DNA of 64,000 nt from Candidatus Latescibacterota bacterium (GTDB lineage: Bacteria; Latescibacterota; UBA2968; UBA8231), in the NCBI GenBank assembly GCA_965242865.1, contig CBDETK010000013.1:1760001-1824000 (forward strand), read 5' to 3'. Positions 35,341 through 45,160 of the stretch are shown piece after piece (within the stretch, counting starts at the first letter, position 1; every line of letters begins with the position of its first letter). The position numbers and the translations under genes were made by a program. The notes below the pieces were generated by a model, which worked only from the letters and a program-made list of their open reading frames with translations, was not told where the DNA came from and searched no databases.

Positions 35341-36117
35341 TCAATCGCGACCGGCCGCCAAGGTGCGTAATAAGGCGGCGTAGCCCGCTTCGCCTTCCCG
35401 TTCCCAGACTTCCAAAAGCACTGAGCCGACGATGCCGATTTCGGCTCGGCCCTGTAGCTGGCGCACATCTTCCCGGCTGCGGAGGCCAAAGCCAATGCCC
35501 AGCGGCAGGTCGGTCGCCGCACGGCAGCGGGCGATAAACCGATAGAGGCCATCGTCTAAGTCCGTCTGGCGGCCGGTTACGCCCTTGCGGGCCACCGCAT
35601 AGACAAACGCTTGGGCTTGGGTGCCGATTTGGCGCAGCCGCTGCTCGGTGTTGGTCGGGGCCATCAGCAAAATCGGCGTTTGCTCGCACTCCGCGCTGGC
35701 GGTCCACAGGTCGCCGTACTCTTCGACTGGCAGGTCCGGCAGGATAAAGCCGCTGGCCCCGCTCGCGGCCAAGCGGCGGCAGAACGGGCCATGCCCCAAG
35801 CGGAACGCCGTGTTGTAGTAGCCCATCATCAAGTGCGGAAAGGGAAAGGCTGCGGTCGCCCGCTGCATTAGGTCGAAGTACTGGTCGAGCGCGAGGCCGC
35901 TTTTGAGGGCCTGTTGGTTGGCTTGGGCAAAGGTCGGCCCGTCGGCGATGGGTTCGCTAAAGGGCATTTGCAATTCGACCAAATCGACCCCGACCTCGGC
36001 CATGATCTCCAGCATCCGCCAGTTGGCCTCCAGCGAGGGGAAACCGGCGATCAGATGCGTCATCAGCAGCACCTTGCGCTCGGCGAGCCGCTCCTCAATA
36101 TAGGCTTGCAGATTCAC
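35341..36117 (-). CDS. trpA: tryptophan synthase alpha subunit
   Basis: ELQMPFSEPIADGP, MGYYN, ILPDLP.EE, GVTG, GFG, IVGS; GTG start overlaps trpB stop. Confidence 0.93.
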   Translation of the reverse strand: MNLQAYIEERLAERKVLLMTHLIAGFPSLEANWRMLEIMAEVGVDLVELQMPFSEPIADGPTFAQANQQALKSGLALDQYFDLMQRATAAFPFPHLMMGYYNTAFRLGHGPFCRRLAASGASGFILPDLPVEEYGDLWTASAECEQTPILLMAPTNTEQRLRQIGTQAQAFVYAVARKGVTGRQTDLDDGLYRFIARCRAATDLPLGIGFGLRSREDVRQLQGRAEIGIVGSVLLEVWEREGEAGYAALLRTLAAGRD

Positions 36118-37364
36118 GAGCGGGCGGCCTGATCGGCGAGGAAGCGCTGCCAGTTTTCGTCCTGTAGCGCGTTGGCGATCGTGAAAATGTCCTTGTCGCC
36201 GCGGCCCGACAGGCCAATCAGCACGACTTGGTCGGGCGTCATCTCGCCAACTTCGCGCAGGGCACCGGCCAAGGCGTGGGTGCTTTCGAGTGCCCCGATG
36301 ATCCCCTCGCGGCGCATCATCCGCTTGAGGGCTGCGAGCACTTCGCGGTCGGTCGCGGCCTCCATGCGCACCCGGCCCACCTCGGCTAAGTGGGCGAGAA
36401 TCGGACTGACGCCGATGTAATCGAGCCCGGCCGCCACCGAGTGCGTGTGCCGCATCTGGCCCTCGTCGTCTTGCAAGAAGAACGTCTTGTAGCCTTGGGC
36501 GACCCCGGGGACGCCGACGCGGCCGGCCAAGCGAGCGGCGTGCGCCCCGGTCTCCAGCCCCCGACCTCCCGCTTCGACCCCGACCAATTCGACAGCCGCG
36601 TCGTCGAGGAACCCCAAGAATAGGCCGGTGGCGTTGGAGCCGCCGCCGACGCAGGCGTACACCCTGTCGGGCAGGCACCCCACCGAGTCCAACATCTGCT
36701 GGCGGCTCTCCTCGCCGATGATTCGCTGGAAATAGGCGACGATTTGCGGGAAGGGATGCGGGCCACAAGCCGTGCCGAGCACATAGTGCGTGTCGGCCAT
36801 GGAATAGGCCCAATCGCGGAGGCTCTCGTTGATGGCGTCCTTGAGCGTGGCCGAGCCATCGGTCACAGCAACCACCTCGGCCCCCAACTGCTCCATCCAG
36901 AACACATTGGGCCGCTGGCGTTCCACATCGACCGCCCCCATGTAGATGGTGCATTCCAGCCCCAAGCGGGCGGCCATCGTCGCCGTGGCCACGCCGTGCT
37001 GGCCAGCCCCGGTCTCGGCGATGACCCGACGCTTGCCCATGCGGCGCACCAACAATCCTTGGCCCATGACGTTGTTGACCTTGTGGGCGCCGGTGTGGTT
37101 GAGGTCTTCGCGCTTGAGAACGATCCGCGCCCCGCCCAGTTCGCGGGAGAGGTTTTCGAGCGCGGTAATCGGGGTGGGCCGACAGGAATACGTCCGCATC
37201 ACCTGCTCAAACTCCGCCCAAAAGGACGGGTCGCGGCGCGCGTCCGCAAAAACTTGGCTCAATTCGTCGAGGGTGGTGCGGAGAATTTCGGGGATGAAGG
37301 CCCCACCGTACTCCCCGTAGTACCCAGGGCGCGGGTGGACAAAAATGGCGTCGGTCAGCCCCAT
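36114..37364 (-). CDS. trpB: tryptophan synthase beta subunit
   Basis: KREDLNHTGAHK, AETGAGQHG, GGGSNA, GLDY, SGRGDKD. Confidence 0.97.
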   Translation of the reverse strand: MGLTDAIFVHPRPGYYGEYGGAFIPEILRTTLDELSQVFADARRDPSFWAEFEQVMRTYSCRPTPITALENLSRELGGARIVLKREDLNHTGAHKVNNVMGQGLLVRRMGKRRVIAETGAGQHGVATATMAARLGLECTIYMGAVDVERQRPNVFWMEQLGAEVVAVTDGSATLKDAINESLRDWAYSMADTHYVLGTACGPHPFPQIVAYFQRIIGEESRQQMLDSVGCLPDRVYACVGGGSNATGLFLGFLDDAAVELVGVEAGGRGLETGAHAARLAGRVGVPGVAQGYKTFFLQDDEGQMRHTHSVAAGLDYIGVSPILAHLAEVGRVRMEAATDREVLAALKRMMRREGIIGALESTHALAGALREVGEMTPDQVVLIGLSGRGDKDIFTIANALQDENWQRFLADQAARS

Positions 37365-37366
37365 CT

Positions 37367-38584
37367 TTAGTCCGTCAACTTGGCGCGCCGGAGCGCGTCG
37401 AGCATGGCGCTGCTGCCCGCTTCCTGCTCTTGCTCCTGCTGCTGCCGCTGGCGGAACTCGACGAGATGGGCCTTGGATTCGAGGGCATCGACTTGGCTGA
37501 TCGACAGGCGCAAACGCTGTTGGCGGCCATCCACTTCGAGCACCACCACCTTGACCTCTTGCCCGAGCGAGAGCACCTCGCGCGGGTGGCCGATGCGGCG
37601 GTCCGCGATCTCCGAGACGTGGACCAGCCCGCGCACCCCTTCGGCCAGCTCGACAAACGCGCCAAAATCCTCCAGCCCATCGACCTTGCCCGCGGCGACC
37701 GTGCCGACTGGGAACCGCTCTTTTATCGCTTCCCAAGGATCCTTTTCCAGTGCCTTGAGCGAAAGCGATATCCGCTCCTTGCGCCGCTTGCCCAAGTCCT
37801 TGGTGCGCAAGACCTCGACTTGGACCGGCTGCCCCACCGCGAGGGCCTCTTTGGGATGGCCGACGCGGCCATGGCTGATTTCCGAGACGTGGACCAAGCC
37901 TTCTACGCCCGAACCCAAATCGACAAACGCCCCAAAAGACTCCAGCCGCTTCACCTTGCCGGCCAGTTGGGCGCCCTTCTTTAGCTGGCTCCGCACCAAG
38001 CCGGCGGCCTTATCCCGCTCGGCTTCGAGCAAGGCCCGGCGCGACAGGGTGATGACGCGGCCTTGGTGCCGGAACTTGATAATTTTGAAGGCCAAGGTCT
38101 GGCCGCGGTACTCCTCGGCACTTTTCACGTACTGGGTATCGACGTGCGAAATCGGGCAAAAGCCGCGCACATCGTCCTCGATGGTCACGCCCAATCCCCC
38201 CTTATTGACCGCGTCGACCCGGCCTTCAACCGGCAGCCCGGCCTTGTACGCTTGATAGAGCAAGTCGGCTTGATCGTCTTGGCGACTCAGCGCCCGGCTG
38301 AGCTGGACTGGGTCTTCAACCCCCACGACAAACGCCACGATCGGGTCGCCGACCTCATAGCCCATTTTCCCATTGGGCCCTTTGAGCTCGCTGGTGCGAA
38401 TTACGGCCTCGTTCCGACTGCCGTATTCCACAAAGCTATGCTCGTCCTCGACCTTGACGATCACGCCGCTGACCTCGTCGCCGATTGCGACCGAATGGAT
38501 GGCCGGGGCCGGGGGGACCCCTTCGGCGTCGAGCAGCTCGGCAAAGTCCGCGCCGCGTTCCGCCGTTGAATCTGCCTCTGTCAT
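37367..38584 (-). CDS. S1 RNA-binding domain protein (short RpsA-like, four S1 domains)
   Basis: Repeated FGAFV.L..GV.GLVHVSEI motifs; 405 aa; AAGGAG RBS. Confidence 0.85.
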   Translation of the reverse strand: MTEADSTAERGADFAELLDAEGVPPAPAIHSVAIGDEVSGVIVKVEDEHSFVEYGSRNEAVIRTSELKGPNGKMGYEVGDPIVAFVVGVEDPVQLSRALSRQDDQADLLYQAYKAGLPVEGRVDAVNKGGLGVTIEDDVRGFCPISHVDTQYVKSAEEYRGQTLAFKIIKFRHQGRVITLSRRALLEAERDKAAGLVRSQLKKGAQLAGKVKRLESFGAFVDLGSGVEGLVHVSEISHGRVGHPKEALAVGQPVQVEVLRTKDLGKRRKERISLSLKALEKDPWEAIKERFPVGTVAAGKVDGLEDFGAFVELAEGVRGLVHVSEIADRRIGHPREVLSLGQEVKVVVLEVDGRQQRLRLSISQVDALESKAHLVEFRQRQQQEQEQEAGSSAMLDALRRAKLTD

Positions 38585-38604
38585 CGCCTGTCTCCTTGGC
38601 TGCT

Positions 38605-39573
38605 TCACGGTATGAGGACGACCTTGCCGGTCGTCTTGCGCCCCTGCAAGGCGCGGTGGGCATCAGCCGCGTCCGACAAGCCGAACTGAGTGCTGATGCG
38701 CAGCACCAACTCGCCGGCCGCGATCCATGCTAACACCGCGTTGGCGCGTTCCAATAGATCCGCGCGGGTCTGGATGTAGTGCAGCATGGTGGGCCGCGTC
38801 AAAAAGAGCGATCCCTTAGTGCTGAGGATGCCGGGGTCAAGGGGGGGAACCGGGCCGCTCGACTGACCGAACAACACCAAGTAGCCCAACGGCCTAAGCA
38901 CGTTCAAGCTCTTGTCAAAGGTCGCCCGGCCCACCGAATCGTACACCACATCCACGCCGCGCCCCTCGGTGAGTGCCATGATGTCCCGTTCAAAGTCGCG
39001 CTCGGTATAGCGGATGACCTCGTCCGCCCCCGCCTTCCGCGCTAGCTGCTCCTTCTCCGCGGTCGAGACCGTGCAAAACACCCGAGCCCCGCACCGCTTG
39101 GCGAGCTGAATTAGGAGCAGGCCCACACCGCCCGCCCCGGCGTGGATGAGGGCTGTGTCTTCAGGCCCCAGCCGATAGGAGCCATAAGCGAGGTAATGCG
39201 CCGTCATGCCTTGTAGCAAAGCGGCGGCCCCCACCGGATAGGACGCGGCCGCCGGCAGCGGAACCAAGCGGTCCGCGGGCACGACAGCTTCTTCAGCATA
39301 CGACCCCATCACCCCGGCATAAGCCACGCGATCGCCCACCTGCACGCCCTGCACGCCCTCGCCGACCCGAGCGACAACTCCAGCGGCTTCCATGCCGGGG
39401 ATGCAGGGCAGCTCGACTGGGTACAGCCCTTCGCGGTGATAGGTGTCGATATAATTTAAGCCGATGGCTTTGATTGCGACTGCGGCTTCGCCCGGCCGCG
39501 GGGTGGGCGCGGGCACGTCCTCATAGGTGAGGACTTCAGGGCCACCGCACTGGTGGAAACGCACTGCTTTCAT
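38605..39573 (-). CDS. qor: NADPH:quinone oxidoreductase (zeta-crystallin family)
   Basis: GLNYIDTY.R.GLY, QGMTAHYL, AGAGGVG, VYDSVG, TTGK. Confidence 0.92.
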   Translation of the reverse strand: MKAVRFHQCGGPEVLTYEDVPAPTPRPGEAAVAIKAIGLNYIDTYHREGLYPVELPCIPGMEAAGVVARVGEGVQGVQVGDRVAYAGVMGSYAEEAVVPADRLVPLPAAASYPVGAAALLQGMTAHYLAYGSYRLGPEDTALIHAGAGGVGLLLIQLAKRCGARVFCTVSTAEKEQLARKAGADEVIRYTERDFERDIMALTEGRGVDVVYDSVGRATFDKSLNVLRPLGYLVLFGQSSGPVPPLDPGILSTKGSLFLTRPTMLHYIQTRADLLERANAVLAWIAAGELVLRISTQFGLSDAADAHRALQGRKTTGKVVLIP

Positions 39574-39714
39574 CGTGAACCTTCGCGTGGGATGGGGGCC
39601 GTAGGGGCCGCTGGGGCCGTGATAAGCGTTTTAAGATAATCACAAAAGACTAATTTGTAAAAATGGCGATTCGTGCATTTTTTATAGAGCGAACTTGATT
39701 CGCAAAGAGACCCG

Positions 39715-41067
39715 ATGAAAGTAGCCAAATTCGGCGGCACGTCCCTTGCGTCCGCCGAGCAAATAGAGCAAATCTGCGCCATCGTCACCGCCGATCCAGC
39801 GCGCCGGCTCGTCGTGGTTTCGGCCCCGGGCAAGCGCGACCCGCAAGACTCCAAAGTAACCGACCTCCTCATCGAGGTGGTTCGCGCCCAGCTAACCCAC
39901 CAAGATGGCCGCACCGCGCTGGCCCGCGTCATCGACCGCTATGCCGCCCTCGTCGCCGATCTCGGCTTGCCGGATACCGCGCTTGCGCCCATTGTCGCCG
40001 ACTTTGAGCGGCGCCTGGCCATGGACCCGCACGACAAGGCACTCTACGCGGACGCCATGAAGGCCGGCGGCGAGGACAACTGCGCCCGTCTAGTGGCCGA
40101 ATACCTGCGCCACAGCGGGGCCGAAGCCTACTATCTCGACCCGGGCGAAGGCGGCTTAATGCTCTCGGAAGAGCCGGGCAATGCCCGCGTCTTGCAAGCG
40201 TCCTACGGCAAGCTGCGCCAGCTCAAAAACCGCCCGGGCATCACCATTTTCCCGGGGTTTTTTGGCTATTCGCCCACCGGCCGCGTGGTCACCTTTTCGC
40301 GCGGCGGCTCGGACATCACCGGCGCGATTCTCGCCGCGGCCGTCGATGCGACCCTGTACGAAAACTTCACGGACGTGGACTCGGTCTTTGCGGCCAATCC
40401 CGCGCTCGTGCCCGACCCAGTAGCCGTTTCCGAGATCACTTACCGCGAGATGCGCGAGCTGTCCTACGCGGGGTTTTCCGTATTTCACGACGAGGCCCTC
40501 GAACCCGTGTTCCACGCCGGAATCCCGGTCGTCGTCAAAAACACCAACAATCCGCAGGCCCCCGGCACCCGCATCGTCCCCCAGCGCCCAATCGGCGACC
40601 GCCCGGTCGTTGGCATTGCCGCGACCGACGGGTTTTGCAGCATCTACATCAGCAAGTACCTCATGAATCGCCAAGTGGGCTTTGGCCGCCGCTTGCTGGC
40701 CATTTTTGAGGACGAGGGGATTCCCTTTGAACACACGCCTTCGGGCATTGACAACATGTCGGTGATCGTGCGCGAGGCGCATTTCAACCACGCGACCCAA
40801 GAGCGCGTGCTGCGCCGGATCCGCACCGAGCTCGCAGCAGACGAGCTGTCGGTTGCCCGCGGCCTCGCCTTGGTGATGGTCGTCGGCGAAGGCATGCACC
40901 ACACCATTGGCTTGGCCGCCCGCACCTGCACGGCCTTTGCCCGCGCCGCGGTCAACATAGAAATGATCAATCAGGGGTCGAGCGAAGTCAGCATGATGTT
41001 CGGCATCGCGGCCGCAGACATTCCCGCAGCCGTGCGCTCGCTCTACCGAGAGTTCTTTGGCGATTGA
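39715..41067 (+). CDS. monofunctional aspartate kinase
   Basis: KFGGTS, VVVSAPGKR, FSRGGSDITG, ENFTDVD, two ACT domains. Confidence 0.93.
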   Translation: MKVAKFGGTSLASAEQIEQICAIVTADPARRLVVVSAPGKRDPQDSKVTDLLIEVVRAQLTHQDGRTALARVIDRYAALVADLGLPDTALAPIVADFERRLAMDPHDKALYADAMKAGGEDNCARLVAEYLRHSGAEAYYLDPGEGGLMLSEEPGNARVLQASYGKLRQLKNRPGITIFPGFFGYSPTGRVVTFSRGGSDITGAILAAAVDATLYENFTDVDSVFAANPALVPDPVAVSEITYREMRELSYAGFSVFHDEALEPVFHAGIPVVVKNTNNPQAPGTRIVPQRPIGDRPVVGIAATDGFCSIYISKYLMNRQVGFGRRLLAIFEDEGIPFEHTPSGIDNMSVIVREAHFNHATQERVLRRIRTELAADELSVARGLALVMVVGEGMHHTIGLAARTCTAFARAAVNIEMINQGSSEVSMMFGIAAADIPAAVRSLYREFFGD

Positions 41068-41072
41068 TAGGG

Positions 41073-42302
41073 CTACGCCGCGGCCCAAATCACCAACTGC
41101 AATTCGCTGTCGTCAATCAAGCGGTACTCGGGGCGACGGCCCGAGAGTTTGCGGCTCTCGTTTAGAATGATCGGCACTCCATCCCCTCTTCGATCCATTA
41201 TATGCGTTCGTCCCAGTTTTTCGCCCTCCCAAACCGGGCAACGCGCCAGCAGCGAAACGATCAATTCGTTTCGGCTGTATTGCCGCAAATCCATACTGTC
41301 TGGCGTGAGCGTATTCGCCAGTGCTCCTGGTACATAGAGTTCGAGCCGGTTCCCGAACAGATGTAGCCGCACCCTCGCACCCACCATTGAGTAATCCCTG
41401 TGGGCAACCGCGTTGACGAGTGCCTCAAAAACCGCTCGCTCGCTGAATTGAGGGGTCTCCACCCGAGCCATCGTTTTCATGGCTGCCACCCGCATATTCC
41501 GGCGCACGAAGTGCAACGCCTCAATAATCTGATCATCAAGCGGCCCACCAAAGTCGCGTGCATCGCTTTGGTAATTGATGTCCTGTCGCTCGCCCGCATA
41601 GCTCACCGCCTGAATCTGTGCATGCGGCATCCACTGTCCCGGATCGCGAGTGCATAACAGCATACCGGCGACTGTGATTCGTGCGATGTCGTCTTCGTCG
41701 TTGGCGACGATCCGAAGTTTACGCAGATCGTCCTCGGTCAAAACGCCATCTTCCCGTAAGAATCGGCGAGTCAATCCATCATCCAGATTTTCCGGTGCGG
41801 TCCTAGGCACCGGCGACTCGTCAAACCGAATTACGCGGCTCTGGCTGCGCTCTTGGAACAGCCGGGCGAGCAACTCAGGAGACATCTCGCGTTTTGAACT
41901 GCCAATCCTGCGGAAATAGCCGCTTGGACTTTTGTGGACAAACAGACTGCGGACGATTTCGACGCAAATTACGGCAACGAGACTGCCGTCTGCGCTGGGA
42001 AGTTCAACCTTTCGGATCTCCGCGTCGAGTGGAGGCTTCACGGAATCGTTGCAGATTTCCCTCACCCACGCTTCGACCGCGTCTAACCGCTCAACAGGGA
42101 TGCCCAAGACTTCGCGGCTCCGGTCTTCAACCCCCAGTACAATGGTCCCTCCCCGACCATTAGCCATGCTGGCCAACTCATCGGCAAATTCGGTGCGCCC
42201 AAGTGCCGTGATCTTGGAGCCAGCCAGCAGTACCCGCTTGAGTTCCAACGTCGAGTCCTCGCCGAGGCGGATGCGCCGCGCTAACTCATCTCGTTCCATC
42301 AT
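41073..42302 (-). CDS. Schlafen/AlbA_2 domain + HATPase_c_4 protein
   Basis: GEDSTLELK, ASMANGRGGTIVLGVED (AlbA_2); EALVNAVAHRDYS, RN..I, RGDG (HATPase_c_4); no C-terminal wHTH evident. Confidence 0.85.
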   Translation of the reverse strand: MMERDELARRIRLGEDSTLELKRVLLAGSKITALGRTEFADELASMANGRGGTIVLGVEDRSREVLGIPVERLDAVEAWVREICNDSVKPPLDAEIRKVELPSADGSLVAVICVEIVRSLFVHKSPSGYFRRIGSSKREMSPELLARLFQERSQSRVIRFDESPVPRTAPENLDDGLTRRFLREDGVLTEDDLRKLRIVANDEDDIARITVAGMLLCTRDPGQWMPHAQIQAVSYAGERQDINYQSDARDFGGPLDDQIIEALHFVRRNMRVAAMKTMARVETPQFSERAVFEALVNAVAHRDYSMVGARVRLHLFGNRLELYVPGALANTLTPDSMDLRQYSRNELIVSLLARCPVWEGEKLGRTHIMDRRGDGVPIILNESRKLSGRRPEYRLIDDSELQLVIWAAA

Positions 42303-45022
42303 AGTTCCAATCCCTGCGGGGACATAATCCGCTGGTAGCGACTCTCGAAAGCCTCCCGGCCACCCTCCATCACGCGACAGATTTCTGCGCGAACCCGCCT
42401 TTCCTGAAGGCCCCCTTCACAGGCAATGTGGCTCTGGCCATCTCTGGCCTCGAGCGAGAGCACGAGTTCGGCGTCGCCGTGGACGACGATATTGGGATTA
42501 TGGGTGACGACGATAACTTGGCGTTTAGTCTTGGTTTCCCTCAGCCGACGGACCAGCAGTTCGTAGATCAGGGTGTTGTCCAAGTCGTCCTCGGGCTGAT
42601 CTAGGATGATCGGCTCGGCACCATAGCCCAAGACAAAGGCCAACAGCGCAGCCGTTTGCTGGCCCGGTGATCCTTGGGTGAGATGCCTCCAGTCCCCACG
42701 ATCTTTGAAACGGACCTTAACAGCATCTTCTGGAAGGTACACAGCGAGCCGATCAATCCTCTCGGGTGGAACTTTTTTTAGGGCTGGCCCAAAACGCGGG
42801 TCTTTCATCTTCAAGAAACCTCGATCTCCCGAAAGAAACTGACGCATCTCTGTAACTACACCATCGAGCTTCGCCCGCTCCCATGATTGACCCTGTTTGG
42901 GCTGAATTCTCCGGGCGAGCTCCTGACGGTCGCGCGCAAAGTGCTCAATGCCCAAGATCTCGCTCAACTCTTCCGCGAGGTTCTGATAATTTGCGTATTT
43001 GTCTATTTCAACGCGGATGCTCTCGCCTGACGCCTTCTCCGCGAAGTTCCGGCGGTTGTTGCTCAACTCACAGCGTAGCCTGCGGTATTCGGCAAGAGTT
43101 TTAGCGGCCTCACTTTCCAGTTCCTCCGCCCGCTTCTGTTCTTTTTCCAAGGCTTCAATTTCTCGCCCGAGCGTAGCCTCCTGTTCCAACAAGTCTCCGT
43201 ACTCGTTCGGATCGTAAATACCTTCTTGGGCGAGTCGGGCGGATGCTTCCCGGAATTCGTTTTCACTGTCCTCCACTGCCGTCCGCCACTGTTCAGCGTC
43301 CGCGCCCTTGTCAATGGCATCGATATCTCGCCGAGTTTGCTCTACACTCCCGCGTACCCTGCTCTCAAGGTCTGCGACGGTCCGTCTCAGCGTTTCGTGC
43401 ATACGCACAAGACTCGCCTGTGCTGAATCGTCCTCGTCCTCGGCTTCTATATTGAGATCGGCGACCGAAAGCTCTGCCGCGCTGTCTCCCACAGATTCCA
43501 CCGCTTGCGAAGCCGCCTCGAGAATCGCTCGCCAAGTTTCATCCTGCTGACGTCGCTTTCGATACACGTTCAATAGCTGCGCTTGTCCACCCCCCTCGAG
43601 GATATCCAGCTTGCGTCGCACCTCCGCGTGCGACGCTCGGAGTGTCGGCAGACCGTCCGCTTGCTTATACGCCGCACGCGCTCCGGCGCATAGAGACAGA
43701 TAGCGGGTCTCCTGCTGTGTGATCTGTCGTTTCAGGCCCGTCCCATCAACGGTTTCACTGTCGTCAATGACCGTGAGCAGCGCGTTCGGATCTTGGGCGA
43801 GGGCGAATAGCTGTTTCTGGCTGTAGATACGCACCGGAAAGCGCGCACGGATATCGCCCTCTTCGGGAATTTGTTCGTCTCCATCCAAGCGAGCGATGGG
43901 GTGTGCCGATCCGTTCTGGTCCCAAGAGAGGACGAAGCACTCGCTGTCTTTCCGATACACGATCTCGATAAGCGTTTCATCCGTCAGCAGGCCCTCCTCC
44001 CGGCGCGATGGGGAAACGCGCATGCGGCGATCAAACAAACTTCGCAGTGAGCCTTCTTCGCTACTGTCGCTGCTGTTGAGTTCCGCTTCTCGGCGGAGCG
44101 TCTTGCGGCAGAAGTCAATGAGTGTGGATTTGCCGGTGCCGCGTCCGCCGATAATCGCATTCAGCCACGGATTGAACTCGACCGTAATCGGCTCACTTCG
44201 ACCAATGAATTTGCCCTTATCAATGGTAATGCTCTCAATGGCCAAGTCGGCGTGGACATTTGGATCGCCCGGCTCCTCCCGAGCTGCCGGTTTGAGGGAA
44301 GCGGCACCATCCAGCAGCGCCAAGCGTAGCCCCTCTAGGTTCGGGCGCGTCATTTTTACCCAAGTGAAACGCCGGCCCAATTCGTTGAAGTCATGACCGT
44401 CGGAGGCCCACACCTGCGGAAGTCGCCGCTTAATCTCAGAACGGCTTCCATCGAGCCAGCTTTCGTCGATCTTCTTGGTCGGGTGAACCTCGACTGCGGC
44501 CAAATTCTGATGTCGCAGCACTGCGATCCGCTGCTGGCCATCGTGTTCTTGGAGCAGTCCCGCATCTGTGTTGACATGGGCACCGATGATCAGGGTGTCC
44601 CCCCCGCACTCTTCTAAAATCTGCTCAACGCCTAGTGGAGAACGGGCAGTCTCGGCTCCCCGTTTATCTACGGGAATTTTTACTTTGGCGAGAAACTCGT
44701 CGATGTGTTCTTGCTTACAATCCGGGTCCATCAGCAAGAGCAGGTGGACCCCGTCGCTGGCGGTAATCTCTACTCCGGGGAAGAGCACCGGGGCGTCTTC
44801 CATGCTGGCAGCGGCCTGCTTTAGCTTGGAGATACCCTCGGCAGTATTGTGATCCGTGATCGCGACCGCTTGGATTTCAGCATCGCGTACGGCTTTAATC
44901 CAGCACTCCCAGTCCTGAGCATCGCGCTCCGATTGGCTCCCGAAATCATGTGAGGCCGGAGAATGCGTATGGAAGTCAACGCGCCACCAGCGGGAACCGG
45001 GCCAATCCCAATATGTACTCAT
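42299..45022 (-). CDS. PHP-domain + SMC/ABC-type ATPase (TrlF family, Ppl-like defence protein)
   Basis: DFHTHSPAS, ITDHN, GVEIT, AHV, SDGH PHP motifs; GGRGTGKST, long coiled coil, SPGQQ, ILDQPEDDLD, VTHN. Confidence 0.88.
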   Translation of the reverse strand: MSTYWDWPGSRWWRVDFHTHSPASHDFGSQSERDAQDWECWIKAVRDAEIQAVAITDHNTAEGISKLKQAAASMEDAPVLFPGVEITASDGVHLLLLMDPDCKQEHIDEFLAKVKIPVDKRGAETARSPLGVEQILEECGGDTLIIGAHVNTDAGLLQEHDGQQRIAVLRHQNLAAVEVHPTKKIDESWLDGSRSEIKRRLPQVWASDGHDFNELGRRFTWVKMTRPNLEGLRLALLDGAASLKPAAREEPGDPNVHADLAIESITIDKGKFIGRSEPITVEFNPWLNAIIGGRGTGKSTLIDFCRKTLRREAELNSSDSSEEGSLRSLFDRRMRVSPSRREEGLLTDETLIEIVYRKDSECFVLSWDQNGSAHPIARLDGDEQIPEEGDIRARFPVRIYSQKQLFALAQDPNALLTVIDDSETVDGTGLKRQITQQETRYLSLCAGARAAYKQADGLPTLRASHAEVRRKLDILEGGGQAQLLNVYRKRRQQDETWRAILEAASQAVESVGDSAAELSVADLNIEAEDEDDSAQASLVRMHETLRRTVADLESRVRGSVEQTRRDIDAIDKGADAEQWRTAVEDSENEFREASARLAQEGIYDPNEYGDLLEQEATLGREIEALEKEQKRAEELESEAAKTLAEYRRLRCELSNNRRNFAEKASGESIRVEIDKYANYQNLAEELSEILGIEHFARDRQELARRIQPKQGQSWERAKLDGVVTEMRQFLSGDRGFLKMKDPRFGPALKKVPPERIDRLAVYLPEDAVKVRFKDRGDWRHLTQGSPGQQTAALLAFVLGYGAEPIILDQPEDDLDNTLIYELLVRRLRETKTKRQVIVVTHNPNIVVHGDAELVLSLEARDGQSHIACEGGLQERRVRAEICRVMEGGREAFESRYQRIMSPQGLEL

Positions 45023-45160
45023 AAAGCAACCTCCTGTAGTTGTCTTCGGTGAAGCCTAGCCCTGACGCCTACCGGATGAAGAACCTAAGCCCCTATAACA
45101 TATCCTACATCACTACTTACGCACTTTTGATGGATGATCGCCATAGCCAACTTCCGTTTA

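Noticed and set aside
35341-37736. N-terminally extended TrpA (537 aa) and TrpB (540 aa) in the ORF track
   Set aside because: Extensions overlap upstream genes; true starts are at 36117 and 37364. Same applies to extended namZ, yqgE and aminotransferase ORFs.
39620-39700. AT-rich stretch between qor and aspartokinase as riboswitch or MITE
   Set aside because: Too short for a lysine riboswitch and no convincing terminal repeats; likely divergent promoter DNA.
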